A program made the translations under genes and the position numbers. A DNA stretch of 64,000 nt from an uncultured Nitrososphaeraceae archaeon (lineage in GTDB: Archaea; Thermoproteota; Nitrososphaeria; Nitrososphaerales; Nitrososphaeraceae), in assembly GCA_963825865.1 (NCBI GenBank), contig CAWGVG010000026.1, forward strand, positions 192,001-256,000, in the 5' to 3' direction. Positions 10,972 to 23,259 of this stretch are shown here, piece by piece. The notes beneath the pieces were generated by a model. It was not told where the DNA came from. It made no database searches and was given only the letters and a program-made list of their open reading frames with translations. How positions within the stretch are numbered: position 1 is the first letter of the stretch; every line of letters begins with the position of its first letter.

Positions 10972-11352
10972 ATGGTATTTGAATACTTTAGGCTTATCAA
11001 GAATAAAGATATTGAACAGCTGATGAATCTATTTGCTGACTACGCAATAATTTATGAACCCTTCAGCAAATTAACAGAAGGATTAAAAGGTAAATCAGCT
11101 ATCGAATCATTCCTCAGAGTTTCACTTATGGCCAATGATGCATTGCAGACATCATATTATCATTGAAAAAGAAAATCAAAAAATGACATGGAGAAGTCAT
11201 GTAATAGTAAAATTATTACTGCATTAGTAACATTTGAAAGAGGAGACACAATGAAAGCCAGATTTACGTTTGAATTTGGTTCAAATGGCAATAATCATGT
11301 TTTTGATTCAAAACGGAAAAAGATAAAGGCTTTGCATATGCAGTTTATCTGA
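10972..11352 (+). CDS. NTF2/SnoaL-like protein (frameshifted)
   Basis: EYFRLIKNKDIEQLMNLFADYAIIYEPF...GKSAIESF; the downstream frame ends KIKALHMQFI*. Confidence 0.7.
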
Positions 11353-11374
11353 TAACAATCTCTCTTCTCCTTCT

Positions 11375-12121
11375 TTATCCAGCATATTTGCTCATTATCT
11401 CTGCTACCTCATCATCGCTAACCTGTGAGAAGTTTTGATAAAATGCTCCAACAGCTTCAAATAATTCAGGTGCATGCAAAACAACTACCTTATCTACCAT
11501 TTGCCTTAGTTTGTTTACGGTATCCCTAGGCGCTACAGGTACTGCGACTATGAGTTCTTTGGGATTTTGCCTTCTTATCCACTCTATAGCAGCAAATATT
11601 GTTGCACCGGTAGCTATACCATCGTCAACTAAAACTATGGTTTTACCTTTTATGTCATAGTAGTGACCCTTAGTTGCTCTGAATCGTCTAAGCCGACGCT
11701 CTATTTCTTTCATCTGTGCAGATATCTGTTCGTCTATGTATTCTTGAGATACCCTTAACGTTTTAATGATGTAGATATTTGGAAAAAACGTACCATCATG
11801 CATCACAGCACCAATTGCAAGCTCTAGTTGTAAGGAGCTCCAATTTTCCTTGAAACCACAATATCTAATTTAGCATTGAGAGCAGATGCAATAACATCTC
11901 CAGTTATCACACCACCCCGAGGAATAGCGAGTATGATTAGTTGTTGTTCTTGTTGGCTATCTTTTTCTCCTCTTACTTCCATCTCGGTTAAGGACCTCAA
12001 CTTTTCAGCAAGTACATTTGCCTGCTTGTCTTCTGTCTAGAAATAAGGCACGAGTATCATTGTTGCTATTTTCTATAGTTATTTGTATCATATTATTATT
12101 TTCTTCTGAAATTGTTGACAT
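11375..12121 (-). CDS. phosphoribosyltransferase (COG1926, Rv0571c/Rv2030c-like), frameshifted
   Basis: LAIPRGGVITG, VLVDDGIATGAT, VAVPVAP, AVGAFYQNFSQVSDDEV. Confidence 0.88.
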
Positions 12122-12236
12122 GAGACTAGGATAATTATTGATTTAACAATATTATAAAAGTAGGCTTGCAGTGCAATGCACAAAATTCTAATGATTAAAG
12201 CAATGCTTTACTTGTACCATTATACAGGAATATTAT

Positions 12237-13933
12237 ATGGCGTCAATTCAAACTACGGCTGGCGGAATGCCAGTTTTAATTTTAAAGGAAGGAACTAAAG
12301 AAAATAAGGGCAAAGAAGCACAGAAAAACAACATTACTGCGCTAAACTGGTCGCAGAGATAGTGAAGAGTTGTCTGGGCCCACGTGGCATGGATAAGATG
12401 CTTGTCAGCACAATTGGAGATGCAACAATTACAAATGATGGTGCAACAATTCTAAAGGAAATAGATGTTGAGCACCCAGCAGCAAAAGATGATGGTTGAA
12501 GTTGCCAAGTCTGTAGATAATGAAGTAGGTGATGGAACAACTTCTTCTGTTATTTTCAGCAGGCGCTTTACTTGAAAAAGCCGAGGATTTGATTAACAAG
12601 CATGTCCATCCATCAGTAATAGTTGATGGTTACGATGCTGCATCTGAACAAGCACTGAAATTATTACAAAAAATTGCAGTTAAAGTGGATGTAAAAGACA
12701 AAGAACTTTTGATGAAGATAGCAAGGACTAGTATGTATTCAAAGCTTAGTATCAGAAGACAGCCCTGCTTTAAGTCAAATTGCTGTAGACGGCAAACAGA
12801 AGAACAAGGTGAGCAGAGAAAAGGCAACAACACGAGAATGGTGATGATAGATCTAAAAGTAGACCTGGATAATATAAAGGTCGAAAAGAAAGCAGGTGGG
12901 TCTATACATGATACTAAATTGATCAAAGGTATGGTACTTGACAAGGAAGTTGTTCATGCAGGTATGCCAAAGCGAGTTGAAAACGCCAAAATTGCATTGA
13001 TTAATTCAGCACTTGAGATTGAAAAGACCGAAATGAGTGCTGAGATCCGTATTAATGAGCCACAGCAGATGCAAATGTTTCTTGAAGAAGAGAATAAGAT
13101 GCTAAAATCCATGGTTGATAAGATAAAGACAGCAGGCGCTAATGTCGTAATATGCCAGAAGGGTATCGATGACATGGTACAACATTACCTTTCAAAAGCA
13201 GGTATTCTTGCAGTAAGACGTGTAAAGGAAAGTGATATGTACAAACTATCAAAGGCAACAGGTGCCAAAATAGTAAATAATCTTGATGATCTGATGGAGA
13301 AGGATTTTGGCTCTGCTGATTTAGTCGAGGAACGCAAGATTGAAACTGACAAATGGGTCTTTATAGAAGGGTGCAAAAATCCCAAGGCAGTCACAATTCT
13401 GGTAAGAGGCGGCTCACAGAGAGTAGTTGATGAAGCTGAGCGATCTATACATGATGCTTTGATGGTAACAAAAGATGTTTTGGAAAAACCACAAATAGTT
13501 GCAGGTGGCGGTGCTCACAGAAGCATATATTGCAAATGAATTGAGAGAATGGTCAAGCAGTATAGAAGGAAGAGCACAGCTAGCAGTTCAGAAATTTGCA
13601 GATGCACTTGATTCAATTCCATTAACTCTTGCAGAAAATGCTGGTATGGATCCAATTGATACTATGGCTGAACTACGAGCAAAACAGAACAAAGGAGCCA
13701 AATGGACTGGAGTGGACGTCAGAAATACGGTAGTTACTGATATGTATAAACAGGATGTGCTAGAACCACTTGTAGTTAAGGAACAAATCATAAAATCTGC
13801 TACAGAAGCAGCCTGTATGATTATTAAGAGTAGATGATGTAATTGCTGCAAGCAAGTCAAAGACGCCCCCTATGCCTCCAGGAGCTGGTGGCCTGGTGGA
13901 ATGGGTGGAATGGGTGGAATGGGTATGGAGTAA
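12237..13933 (+). CDS. ths: thermosome (group II chaperonin) subunit, frameshifted
   Basis: [51 protein letters not shown] and a GGMGGM tail. Confidence 0.95.
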
Positions 13934-15129
13934 AAAAAGGCTCTCCTTATTTTTGGAGCAAATGATAAGAGCATAGCATACTTGAGAGATCTATGTTATA
14001 CCATTAACTTATCGCTTTGATGATCCATCATCTTTGAAATCTATAATACGCTACTCGACAAGCTTTGGAGGATCTTTTAATAGCACATGGTAATCGCGAT
14101 CCTTATCGACTTTGTTTATATACTTGACATAATAATCAAACCATTTTGAATATTTTGACTGAGTGAATATGGAATGATAAGTGCAATATCAAGATAATCC
14201 TAGAATAATTGTAATATCATGATAACGCTTGTCTAAACATATATATTCTGTTTGAAGACAATTAAGCTGAAGGAACTGGATCAGGAAGAACAACCAGAAG
14301 AAATAGTTTGAATCGAATTATTATTATGATAATAGGACTAAAAGAAAGATTCTAGAATTAGGTCCCCAAAGGGTGCAAGTAATTCCGTAGTTGTTGTTGT
14401 TTTATTAACAGAATCCTTGTTTTCCATATATGTACAGGTATTATAATTACTTCGTGTCTTCTTTAAGTTTTATTTTTTTATTATTTTTTCTATCTATTAT
14501 CATCTGTTTTACCAAAGACCTATGACAATGGTTCTCGTCTTTACAATGGCATCTCTTTGAAATATCATAGTATCTGTAAATCAGTAGCATTGGCGATTGG
14601 TTACTCCAATGCCTTACCAAAGCCCACAGTAGTATATGCCGAAAGTAATGCAATGAATGAAAGAGCAGAAAATAATAATAATAATACGTAAACGTTTGTG
14701 AACCCGTTGTGTAATCCAGCAGTGTTAATAATATTATTATTAATCCATCTATGTCTAACTTATCTTCTGTCCTGATTAAGGATATGCTTATCTACTACCG
14801 CTAAAAGTAGTAAAATAACTTAAATGATGTCTCTTTTTCAAATAAACGATGAGACAGAAACAAAAAGAACACATTAAATCTGAATAAGAAAATCTAAAAG
14901 GATGTAGTAATAATCAACAAAACCACACAGTATTCGGTAAGTTCAATCGATGCAAGTTATATTGAAGGAGTCTCTCTTTTCCGTAAACAATTGAAGTAGG
15001 AGGACATGAATCAAAATGATTCTATTGTAATCAAGGAAAATTTATCAACCATATTCTTTTTTATCCTTTTACTATGAAAATCACAGTAACACTGAATACG
15101 ACCTCTCTAGAATATTAAGCAAATAATCG

Positions 15130-16016
15130 ATGCCTGAACAGATTCCCATTAGTGATTTAAAGGTAAAGCACTATATGACCACAAATCCAGTTACCATAAA
15201 CTCCAATGTTAATTTTGCAGGAGGCATTGCGGTCATGGTTATCAAAGGGATCGGTAATTTAATTGTAAAACGAAATCAAAGAGCTGTAGGTATTCTTACC
15301 GAAAGGGAAATCATCCAGCACTTGTCTTATTATAAAGAAATACCAAGTAAATTACTGGATAATATGATTCTCCAACCATTTTTTACAGTTGCATCCTAAT
15401 ACTATGGTTCTCCATGCGAGCAAGAATAATGATTGAAAAGAAAGGTAGAATATTGGTGTTTGATGAGAAATGATGATGATAATGAAAATAAAAGTGACGA
15501 TGATGCTAATCACCAAGAAGAAGAAAAACAACAACGGCATAATAAGAATGAGAAATTAGTTGGAATTATTATAGCTTCAGATATGGTAAGAGCATTTGCT
15601 ACTCAGACAACTACTAGTCCATCTTTGGAACCAATTATGACTAGAAGGATTTTTAGTGTTGACGTTAATAATAATATCAGTAGAGCTGTAGATATAATGT
15701 GGAAGAAAAGGTCGGAAGTGTGATGGTTAACAAAGATGAGAGGCGATATGGAATATTTACTGAAAGAGATCTTTTAACAAAAGTATTATCAAAGGAAGTT
15801 AGTCTACAGGAAAGAATTGGAGATTATTGCTCAAATGAATTGATAACTGCAAAAATTGGAAAATTTGGAATAACTGCACTTGAAGCTGCAGACATTATGC
15901 GCATCGCAAAGATAAAAAGGCTACCATTAAGAAGTGATGACAAGGTTGTGGGAATAATAACTGCAAGGGATTTAGTAGAACTGTATAAGGCCAATCATGA
16001 TATGAAGGAGCGATAA
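15130..16016 (+). CDS. multi-CBS domain protein (split)
   Basis: Four CBS-like motifs: GILTEREI, GIIIASDMV, GIFTERDLL, GIITARDLV. Confidence 0.8.
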
Positions 16017-16039
16017 GCATCAAAAATCCTGTTGAGGAA

Positions 16040-16108
16040 TATTAAAGTATTAGATAATAGTCTTAATCGAGATAACGAGGTTTTGGGAGTTCTCGGTCCA
16101 AATGGTAC
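16040..16108 (+). pseudogene. short ABC ATPase remnant
   Basis: KVLDN..NEVLGVLGPNG, a truncated Walker A region. Confidence 0.35.
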
Positions 16109-16459
16109 ATATAGAAACTACGATTCAAGTGCTCTACTTTTGGCATATTTTCCTTGATCCATGCGTATAGAAGATATTCCAATTTCTCTAAGTCAAATAT
16201 TTTACTTCGTTGTAAATCCATATATTCAGCGGCAAGATGACTATCACTTGCAATAATGAGCCATTAATTGGAGTGATTTCTGTTACAGTTATCAGATTCT
16301 ACAGCTTCATCTGAAGGAGAATATTTAACGTCAGCTAACGATATATCTTCCGACACTTAGAATTACCATCAAGTTACGAAGCTGAAAGTCATATTTTCTG
16401 ACGACAATACTTTTATTTGTGTGTATCCTAAAAGCAAGCTGAACAGCATCGTGTTTTTA

Positions 16460-16680
16460 ATGGAGCTTGATAATAATAATTTGCGGTTTGCCAGGCGTAG
16501 GAAAGAGCAGTCTAGCAAAGAGAGTTGCACCTTAATTAGAGCAGTCGTTTTATCCACAGATAAAATCAGAAAGGAGTTGATATCAAAGCCGACCTATAGA
16601 AAACAAGAAAGAAACTTGATTTACGATATCATGTTGTTGCTAGCAAGGTATTTGCATGACGCTGGAATAAATTGTAATAA
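16460..16680 (+). pseudogene. COG0645/AAA_33 P-loop kinase fragment (Rv2004c C-terminal-like)
   Basis: IIICGLPGVGKSSLAKRVA, then AVVLSTDKIRKELISKPTY. Truncated. Confidence 0.7.
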
Positions 16681-17084
16681 TCGCTTCCATTACAGGTGTA
16701 ATGAAAAATTGTACATGATATTTTCTACAACTTAGCAACAATCAAGGAAGGACAATAGAAAAAGGTTAATTTTATTGCGATGGAAACTATAATCCCATTA
16801 ACTATCACATATCAGAAAGAACAAACCTTACGATGAGGACCTTTTCTTAGATGGTAACGAGATTCTCGCAACAACTAACGAAAGCATAGCGAGATCAATG
16901 GGATTCTTGTGCAGGAAATGGTCACGGGGACAATAATTGGTTCCAAGCAAGAGCCTGGCTTTGGAGTTGTAGTGATGTTTGGAATGGGTGGATTTTTTGA
17001 GGAAGGTGAAGGATGCAAGGTAGTAGATGTCAGGATGGGTCTTTCTTAGTTAGCGAAAAATCATTTATTTGGAACTGATGTTGA

Positions 17085-17636
17085 TCACTCGTTGAATTCT
17101 CCCTTCTTTTTTAGAAATATGACTATTGTGACCAATATGCCAACAATTCCAGGCATGAGGATAACTAAAAAGAAAAAGTTCCATGGAAGCCTACAAGCAA
17201 GGGAATCTGCAATAACAGAAGCTGATATAGTTATAAAAGCAAAGCCTATCGCAGTTAAAAGGTTAGCCCATTTGTTATGGATTAGAACCAAGACCGATGA
17301 CATTGAAAAGGGCACAAGAAGAATTCCTACTGTAATGACCACCTCTATCTGAGATTCTTGCGGATTTAGGCTAAATCCAAATGAACATTTTTTCTCTGCC
17401 ATGCTAAAGACAGAAGAAGAAATTGATGACTCGGAAGCAATGGAAAAGAAGATGAATATGGCCCCAATCACACTTGCATTAACCAGTAGAAGTGTATAGT
17501 TGACAGTCAAAAAAACACCTACCAGATTTTGCTGAGTGTGAATAACGCAAGAGCAAAGAAAATAAAATATTGAACCTATGATCATAACGTTAAGATCCAG
17601 TAAAGGATAATTGATAGTAGGCTTTCTTGTTTGCAC
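17085..17636 (-). CDS. hypothetical multi-pass membrane protein
   Basis: 183-aa ORF with about 4-5 hydrophobic segments. Confidence 0.55.
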   Translation of the reverse strand: MQTRKPTINYPLLDLNVMIIGSIFYFLCSCVIHTQQNLVGVFLTVNYTLLLVNASVIGAIFIFFSIASESSISSSVFSMAEKKCSFGFSLNPQESQIEVVITVGILLVPFSMSSVLVLIHNKWANLLTAIGFAFITISASVIADSLACRLPWNFFFLVILMPGIVGILVTIVIFLKKKGEFNE

Positions 17637-17662
17637 TTTGATCCTTTTCTTGCACTAAAGGT

Positions 17663-17915
17663 TTAGTACGTCTCTGATAAATAGACAATTCTTTCATTAA
17701 TTTTGATCTCTAATTTGTTTACTCGTCTATTTATTGTAATGTAGTCTGGTACAGATGGTACTTTCTTATTAGGGTGAGCTTTGGCTACTACACCTTCATC
17801 TTGTCTGTATGGAAGGTGAAAATAAACTCGCATATAACCAAGTAGTTGATGAACAAAAGAATTTGGGTACCTATAGGATGCACCTTCATTCCCTTCATTC
17901 ATATTATCTATACTA
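17663..17915 (-). mobile_element. IS5-family transposase N-terminal remnant
   Basis: MNEGNEGASYRYPNSFV..LLGYMRVYFHLPYRQ.EG...PSVPDYITINRRVNKL; no DDE domain follows. Confidence 0.75.
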
Positions 17916-18399
17916 ATTAACATTAGCAAACACTGTTAACATGTTAACACATTAACATTCACCAAGAATTTAGATCATCCTATATAATGAGGCGTAGTTT
18001 CTGAACCGAAGACATATAACAAACCATCACGGGACCCCATAAACATCATATTACTTGCAATGACTGCTGAAGAGTCTATCATGTTCATAGTTGTGCTTGG
18101 CCGGAAGAATATATCACTGGCTTTGCATATAAAATTAAATGAGTTAATTTTCTAATAACTAAGTTAATAACCCTTTTTTACATTGGAAATCGATCTTGAG
18201 AGTGATCAATTATTGATTATTAGCATATATACTGCCTACTTGTCATAGCAATAGTTGCTGTCTTTGGGCTATTGGTAATGTCTCTCGAAGCAAAATCTGC
18301 ATTCGGTCAATGGGTACTACCATCAGAACTAGAGTATGCCTACAAACAAGGATACCTCAAATCTAATGTTACCTTAGATGAACAAGATATCGATTAAAA

Positions 18400-18560
18400 A
18401 TGACAATAGCAACAACAACATCAAAAAACGTATGCAACAACAAGAGACAAAATTTAATTAGATGCATCTATTCTAAAAAAGCTGCCAATAGAAGAGATGC
18501 AAATGGAGCACAAGTAATGTATAGCGCATTTTTATCATACGCACATATAAAACGATATTT
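18400..18560 (+). pseudogene. degenerate small winged-HTH gene
   Basis: ASILKAAN...VMYSAFLSYAHIK resembles the paralogs at 36202 and 58085. Confidence 0.4.
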
Positions 18561-18698
18561 TTGCTTCTTAAGATTATTAATACATACAGATTATACAGTC
18601 TTAAAAAATCATATGCGCTTGTATATGTCATAGGGACCTAAGCTATCAATCCTTTTACTTCTTACTTTTTAATTTTATATATATAATTAACAACCAAA

Positions 18699-18899
18699 AT
18701 GATGACAATGGATAATAATAATAATAGCCTTGACTTGAAAGGAGTAATTGTCCTAAATATAGGAAGAAATAAAAAATTGGTGAAAAACGCTAATGGATCA
18801 TTTGCACTATTCAACACGGAAACGCACGATGTAGAGATGACGGGTAATAATAGCGATCATATAGAAGTAGTTGCCTATCATGGAGTTTCTGGACAATGA
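18699..18899 (+). CDS. hypothetical protein
   Basis: 66-aa ORF with plausible composition after an AT-rich TATA-like stretch. Confidence 0.35.
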   Translation: MMTMDNNNNSLDLKGVIVLNIGRNKKLVKNANGSFALFNTETHDVEMTGNNSDHIEVVAYHGVSGQ

Positions 18900-19084
18900 C
18901 AAGAAGAGGACCAAACAAAAGGTAGTAATAATAATAACAATTCTCTCAAAATATACTCTTTAGTGATACGAATAGGTGGCAACAAAGATGACGATGATAA
19001 TCCAGCGAAATATAGAGCAACGATACGACCGTGTTTTTTCATATGGTTTTATTATCCAGTCCGAATTCACATTCTACCTACAAT

Positions 19085-19324
19085 ATGGCAGCAATAGATG
19101 ATGATGAGTATGCCGTAATGGCTGATATATTAAAGGTATGTAAGAATGGGTGCACAAAAGAAAAGATAATAGAGGAAACGCATTTGTCCCACGATCAGCT
19201 AAGAAGAATTACAGCAGAGATGGTAGACAAAGAGTTCTCGCAATATATTGAACATCAGCAAGTCTATATTACAACAGATAAAGGATACATATTTCTTGAT
19301 AAAAGACAGCGATCAAATAACTAA
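19085..19324 (+). CDS. small winged helix-turn-helix protein (HTH_45-like)
   Basis: MADILKVCKNGCTKEKIIEETHLSHDQL...YITTDKGYIFL. Confidence 0.7.
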   Translation: MAAIDDDEYAVMADILKVCKNGCTKEKIIEETHLSHDQLRRITAEMVDKEFSQYIEHQQVYITTDKGYIFLDKRQRSNN

Positions 19325-19531
19325 AGGTAGAAGCATTTCAAGAGCATATTTTATACTCCTTCTATTGCACCTTTCGTTCTTGTTATATGAAATCTTAACA
19401 TTTTCATAATGTTTCTAACACAGAATTATATTCCTCAAACCACATCAATATGTGTATGAGATGTTAGATGGTTCTTTCAAAAAATGGAGACACTTACACA
19501 AATTTTACAATATCAATGGAAAACAAAGAGA

Positions 19532-20575
19532 AGATTTCTTGCGAAATTAGCAGCTATAGTCTAACACCCTACTTGTTTTAGCCGTCTTCTTAGATTGAAA
19601 TGCTGTCAGACTGTATAACTCTGAAGTTCAGGAGACCGGATATTATATCAGTATACGTTATTGTACTTCCTTAATCTGTTTCTAAATTTAGTACCCATTA
19701 TTCCAAACTTTTTGATTCTACATATGGTATGTTCTACTATGATCCTTAGCCTAGAATGATTCTTGTTGTAAGTTCTTTCATCACATGAAAGCAATGTACC
19801 CTTTTTCTTTTGATACCAATAGATACTTTACAGTGGGAAAGTCCTTTTCAATGCCAAGATAACCAAGATCAACTATGTTTTCAACTTGTGATGGAGTTAT
19901 AGAATGATTGTGTTTGTAAATGTCATAATCATGTTTTCTTCCACTTCTGTGACCTGTCTTATGCAGTATCAATCCTTCATGGTTTACCATCAATTGTGTC
20001 TTGACAGTATGTTTCTTCTTTCTACCTGAATAGTAACTCTTCCTTCTTCTTTTGTTCTTAGGTCTTGGAATTTCTTGTTCTGTAGAGTCTATGAAAGCCT
20101 TGAATCCAGGAAAATACTCTTCTACTTCATCTATAGTTCTTAATCTCCTAGTGATGTTTGTATATCTTCTTTGGCAATGGAATACACTCCTTGATAAGTG
20201 GTTCCATCATTGATATATCTCTACAAACATTGCTTTGATCAAGGTAAACAGAAATCCTGATAATGTATATGTAATGTATAATCTGTAGTATACTAGAAGC
20301 ATAACGAATCTTTCTTTAACTTTAAAGTTAAATGGTCTACCAGCACCTATATCCCGTATTCTCGTCCTTGATAGAAGACGTCTTCTTTCGTGCTCTTCGT
20401 AGTTATGTTCAATTTCGTTACAAATGGATTCAAATTCAGATACAGTTACTCCGTAAATGACCTGAATATCAAAGGTTTCTTACATAATTTGCTATAGGAC
20501 ATCAAAGAGCTTGTCAGATAGATATCCTATGTGAAGAGGAATATAGCTCTTAGCTTCTAATTACACAAGAGATTT
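19532..20575 (-). mobile_element. IS5-family (ISL2-like, DDE_Tnp_4) insertion sequence; degenerate transposase at 19590-20502
   Basis: FRSFTG, GAGRPF, IDSTEQEIPRP, YYSGRKKKHTVKTQ, DLGYLG, RIIVEHTI. Imperfect TIRs AGATTTCTTGCGAAATTAGCAGCTA (19532) vs AAATCTCTTGTGTAATTAGAAGCTA (reverse complement from 20575). Confidence 0.85.
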
Positions 20576-20702
20576 AGATAATAGATGAAATTGAATTTGA
20601 ATTACAGACTCAAAATATGCTATCCTTACCGCATACAAGGATAGGCTGGTATAAAAATATCCGTACTTTGGTTAGACAGTTATATCTATACCTCTGGTTA
20701 AT

Positions 20703-21635
20703 CTATTTTCTCTTGGGAGCACTTGTGTAATGTATATCTTCTTTGAATTTTTCATTTAGTTTATTCATTCTCGCTTGATAGCCTTTATTGTACTCTATCT
20801 CTTCTGGTACAAGTGTTGCAGGATGGATAAATCCTTGTTTACGCATAATCATTGCTCTCTCAGCTGCCCACATTCTTTGCAACTCCCAATCTGCCGTGCC
20901 AAAGCCATCATGAGGACCTATTAGTTTCCCATTGTGCATACTGAATACTAAACAAGATACAATTGGTATCGCATAATTTACGCTTGCTGCAGAATTTAGT
21001 TTAACAGGCATAAGAGGCATATGATGGCTCCCCCTCGTATTTCCTGATACATAATAAGGGTCGTTAAAAGCACTGCATGCTTCCTCCGTTGCTGGAAAGT
21101 TCTTTTGCGTTCTTACTATTGATATCGGATCGTCTTTGCCCACATAAGTTCCTGCAATGTTGTGTAACCTGTCAGTCGATGACGATACAATCTGTTCGTC
21201 TCCGTCAGACGATAAAATAGAATGTACTACATATCTTCCAGGATACATTAATGAAGTTTCAAGTTCAGGCTTGTCGGCCCATAGTTTTAGTTCTGCAACT
21301 TTACCAGTCATCACATCTAAGACTCGAAATATTGCTCCGGCTGCAAGTTTTTCGTTAATTAGTATGCCAGTATTACTTCTTGCATCAACAAAGGTCCTCC
21401 AGAATGGAAAATTAAAGGCACCAGGCTCTGTCTTGTCTGCAGCAAATATGCAAAAGACTTCGCTTGGACGTTCTTCCATTTCTATCTCTGCAACGCCAGG
21501 TCCCATTCCCTTTACATTACCTGAAAATGCGTCTTTTAGAAGATCTTGTCCTGCACCATAAAGCCCTTGTTCTTTTGCGATTTTCGTACCTTGTGTGAAT
21601 GCGTCCCAAGCAAGTTTGTGGATCTTTTGGTTATC
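20703..21635 (-). pseudogene. fbp: fructose-1,6-bisphosphate aldolase/phosphatase, 5'-truncated
   Basis: IHKLAWDAF...GLYGAGQDLLKDAFSGNVKGMGPG, ADKTEPGAFN, YVGKDDP, RGSHHMPLMP. The N-terminal KAD/GH/DD region is absent. Confidence 0.88.
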
Positions 21636-22106
21636 TCAGTTTTTTATGATTGTTCACGTTTATCAAAAACCTGTATGATGGTACTAGGATATACTGTGAG
21701 TACCCTCCATCATTCCACGAAGATAGTCCAGGCCACTTTGGGTTTATACATAGCTGTTCGTCTCCATTTTTACAATGAAAGCAAATTCCACATCCCCATC
21801 CTCCAAACACGGCCACTAGATCGCCTATATCTAAAACTCCTCTTGGAACAGAATTTCCTAGTTCTTCAATCCAACCCGCCACTTCATGTCCTGGCGTAAT
21901 TGGTAATTGTATTGGAATGATATCCTTCCACTGACCATTTATCAGATGTAAATCGCTGTGACATAGGCCTGCTGCTACTTTAACTAAAACTTGCTCTCTT
22001 GTAGATATCCTTGGTTTTGGAGTATTGTCTATAGATAGCGGTTTTTGGTATTCCTTGCAGAACGAATAGTGTTAGCATCCTTATTCTTGTCCGTTATTTT
22101 GTTCAT
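21631..22106 (-). pseudogene. Zn-dependent alcohol dehydrogenase, 3'-truncated
   Basis: GLCHSDLH, PGHEVAG, CGICFHCKNGDEQLC, DGGYSQY. No NAD-binding domain. Confidence 0.85.
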
Positions 22107-22383
22107 AGATATATCTCCATTGTGTCATAGTAATAATATGCTCAGATATATCTCCCCGTTTAGCCATTTTTTAGTAGTAGTTAGCACAGAGAGTGCCATG
22201 CACTGCGTAAATAATAACAACGATTCACTTTGCAACCAATACAGGGAGAAAGATTTCCATCATTACCGATTTAAAGATCCTGCTTTTTAGCTACTGTTAT
22301 AATCTTTGCCTGTGCTAGTAGTTGTCTATAACAAGAGAAAAAAAAGAAAGCAAGTAAAAAGTCCTTCATAACATGTTGTCTTG

Positions 22384-23034
22384 CTATTCTATGTTTATCG
22401 GCTTTCCTTTGGGTTTTGCCTGTTGTTTTTTGTCAAATATTATTTCAAGTATTCCATTTTTGTAAGCTGACTTGGCTGTTTCGATATCTGTTTCAGGAGG
22501 AATCTCAACAACCTCCCGGTATTTTCTTTTCCCTGGATCAGTGGTTGTTACCTCTACTGAATTACCATAAACATTTACCCTGATATTCTCTTTGTTAACA
22601 CCTGGCATTTCTACTATTACCTTGACTTCTCTATCCGTTGTTGTTACATCTGCCAAAGGCTCTCTTTCAGATGATATAAGGGGCCTAGCAGTGAGAAAGC
22701 CACCTCCTCTACTATTACTGAATTGTGATTTAACATTACCAAATTCTCTTATCCTAGGTTTACCATCAGGTCCAATTGTCATTGAATATCCATAAACGAA
22801 GGGCCCATACTCTCTCACCTTACCTCCAGGTCCTTCATATTCTTTTATTAAATCCTTTGGTGCCTTAGTCTCTATCTCTTTAAACTGTTCTTCAAATTGT
22901 CCTTCCATTTGTCTTCTCATCTCTTCCAAACCTCTGAACATTTCGCCAAAACCAAATTGCCCTCTGGCTCTACTACCACCAAGGAATCTTCTAAACCAAT
23001 CAAATGGCTCTATATCGTCGCGTTCAGAATTCAA
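22384..23034 (-). CDS. hsp20: archaeal small heat shock protein Hsp20
   Basis: GPFVYGYSMTIGPDGKPRIREFGNV, EREPLADV, EMPGVNKENI, AYKNGILEI. Confidence 0.93.
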   Translation of the reverse strand: MNSERDDIEPFDWFRRFLGGSRARGQFGFGEMFRGLEEMRRQMEGQFEEQFKEIETKAPKDLIKEYEGPGGKVREYGPFVYGYSMTIGPDGKPRIREFGNVKSQFSNSRGGGFLTARPLISSEREPLADVTTTDREVKVIVEMPGVNKENIRVNVYGNSVEVTTTDPGKRKYREVVEIPPETDIETAKSAYKNGILEIIFDKKQQAKPKGKPINIE

Positions 23035-23259
23035 TTATTATTATGACACCATCTCAAAGGTACATTGTAAAGTTATATAACAATTAGGTATACACTGTAA
23101 TGCACAATATTCATAGGCTATATATGGCTATCACATCTAGAATATGGTGGGCTATTATGACCATGACGTATGCATCAACTCTTGGACTGAATTATTTCAA
23201 AAAAAATCATCATATCGTATTTGTCATGTATGCATACAATTTACTGGAAATGATATCCA

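Noticed and set aside
12334-13860. Antisense ORFs over the thermosome, and similar shadow ORFs over gap, fbp, tnpB and the kinases
   Set aside because: These are opposite-strand shadows of well-supported genes with no motifs of their own.
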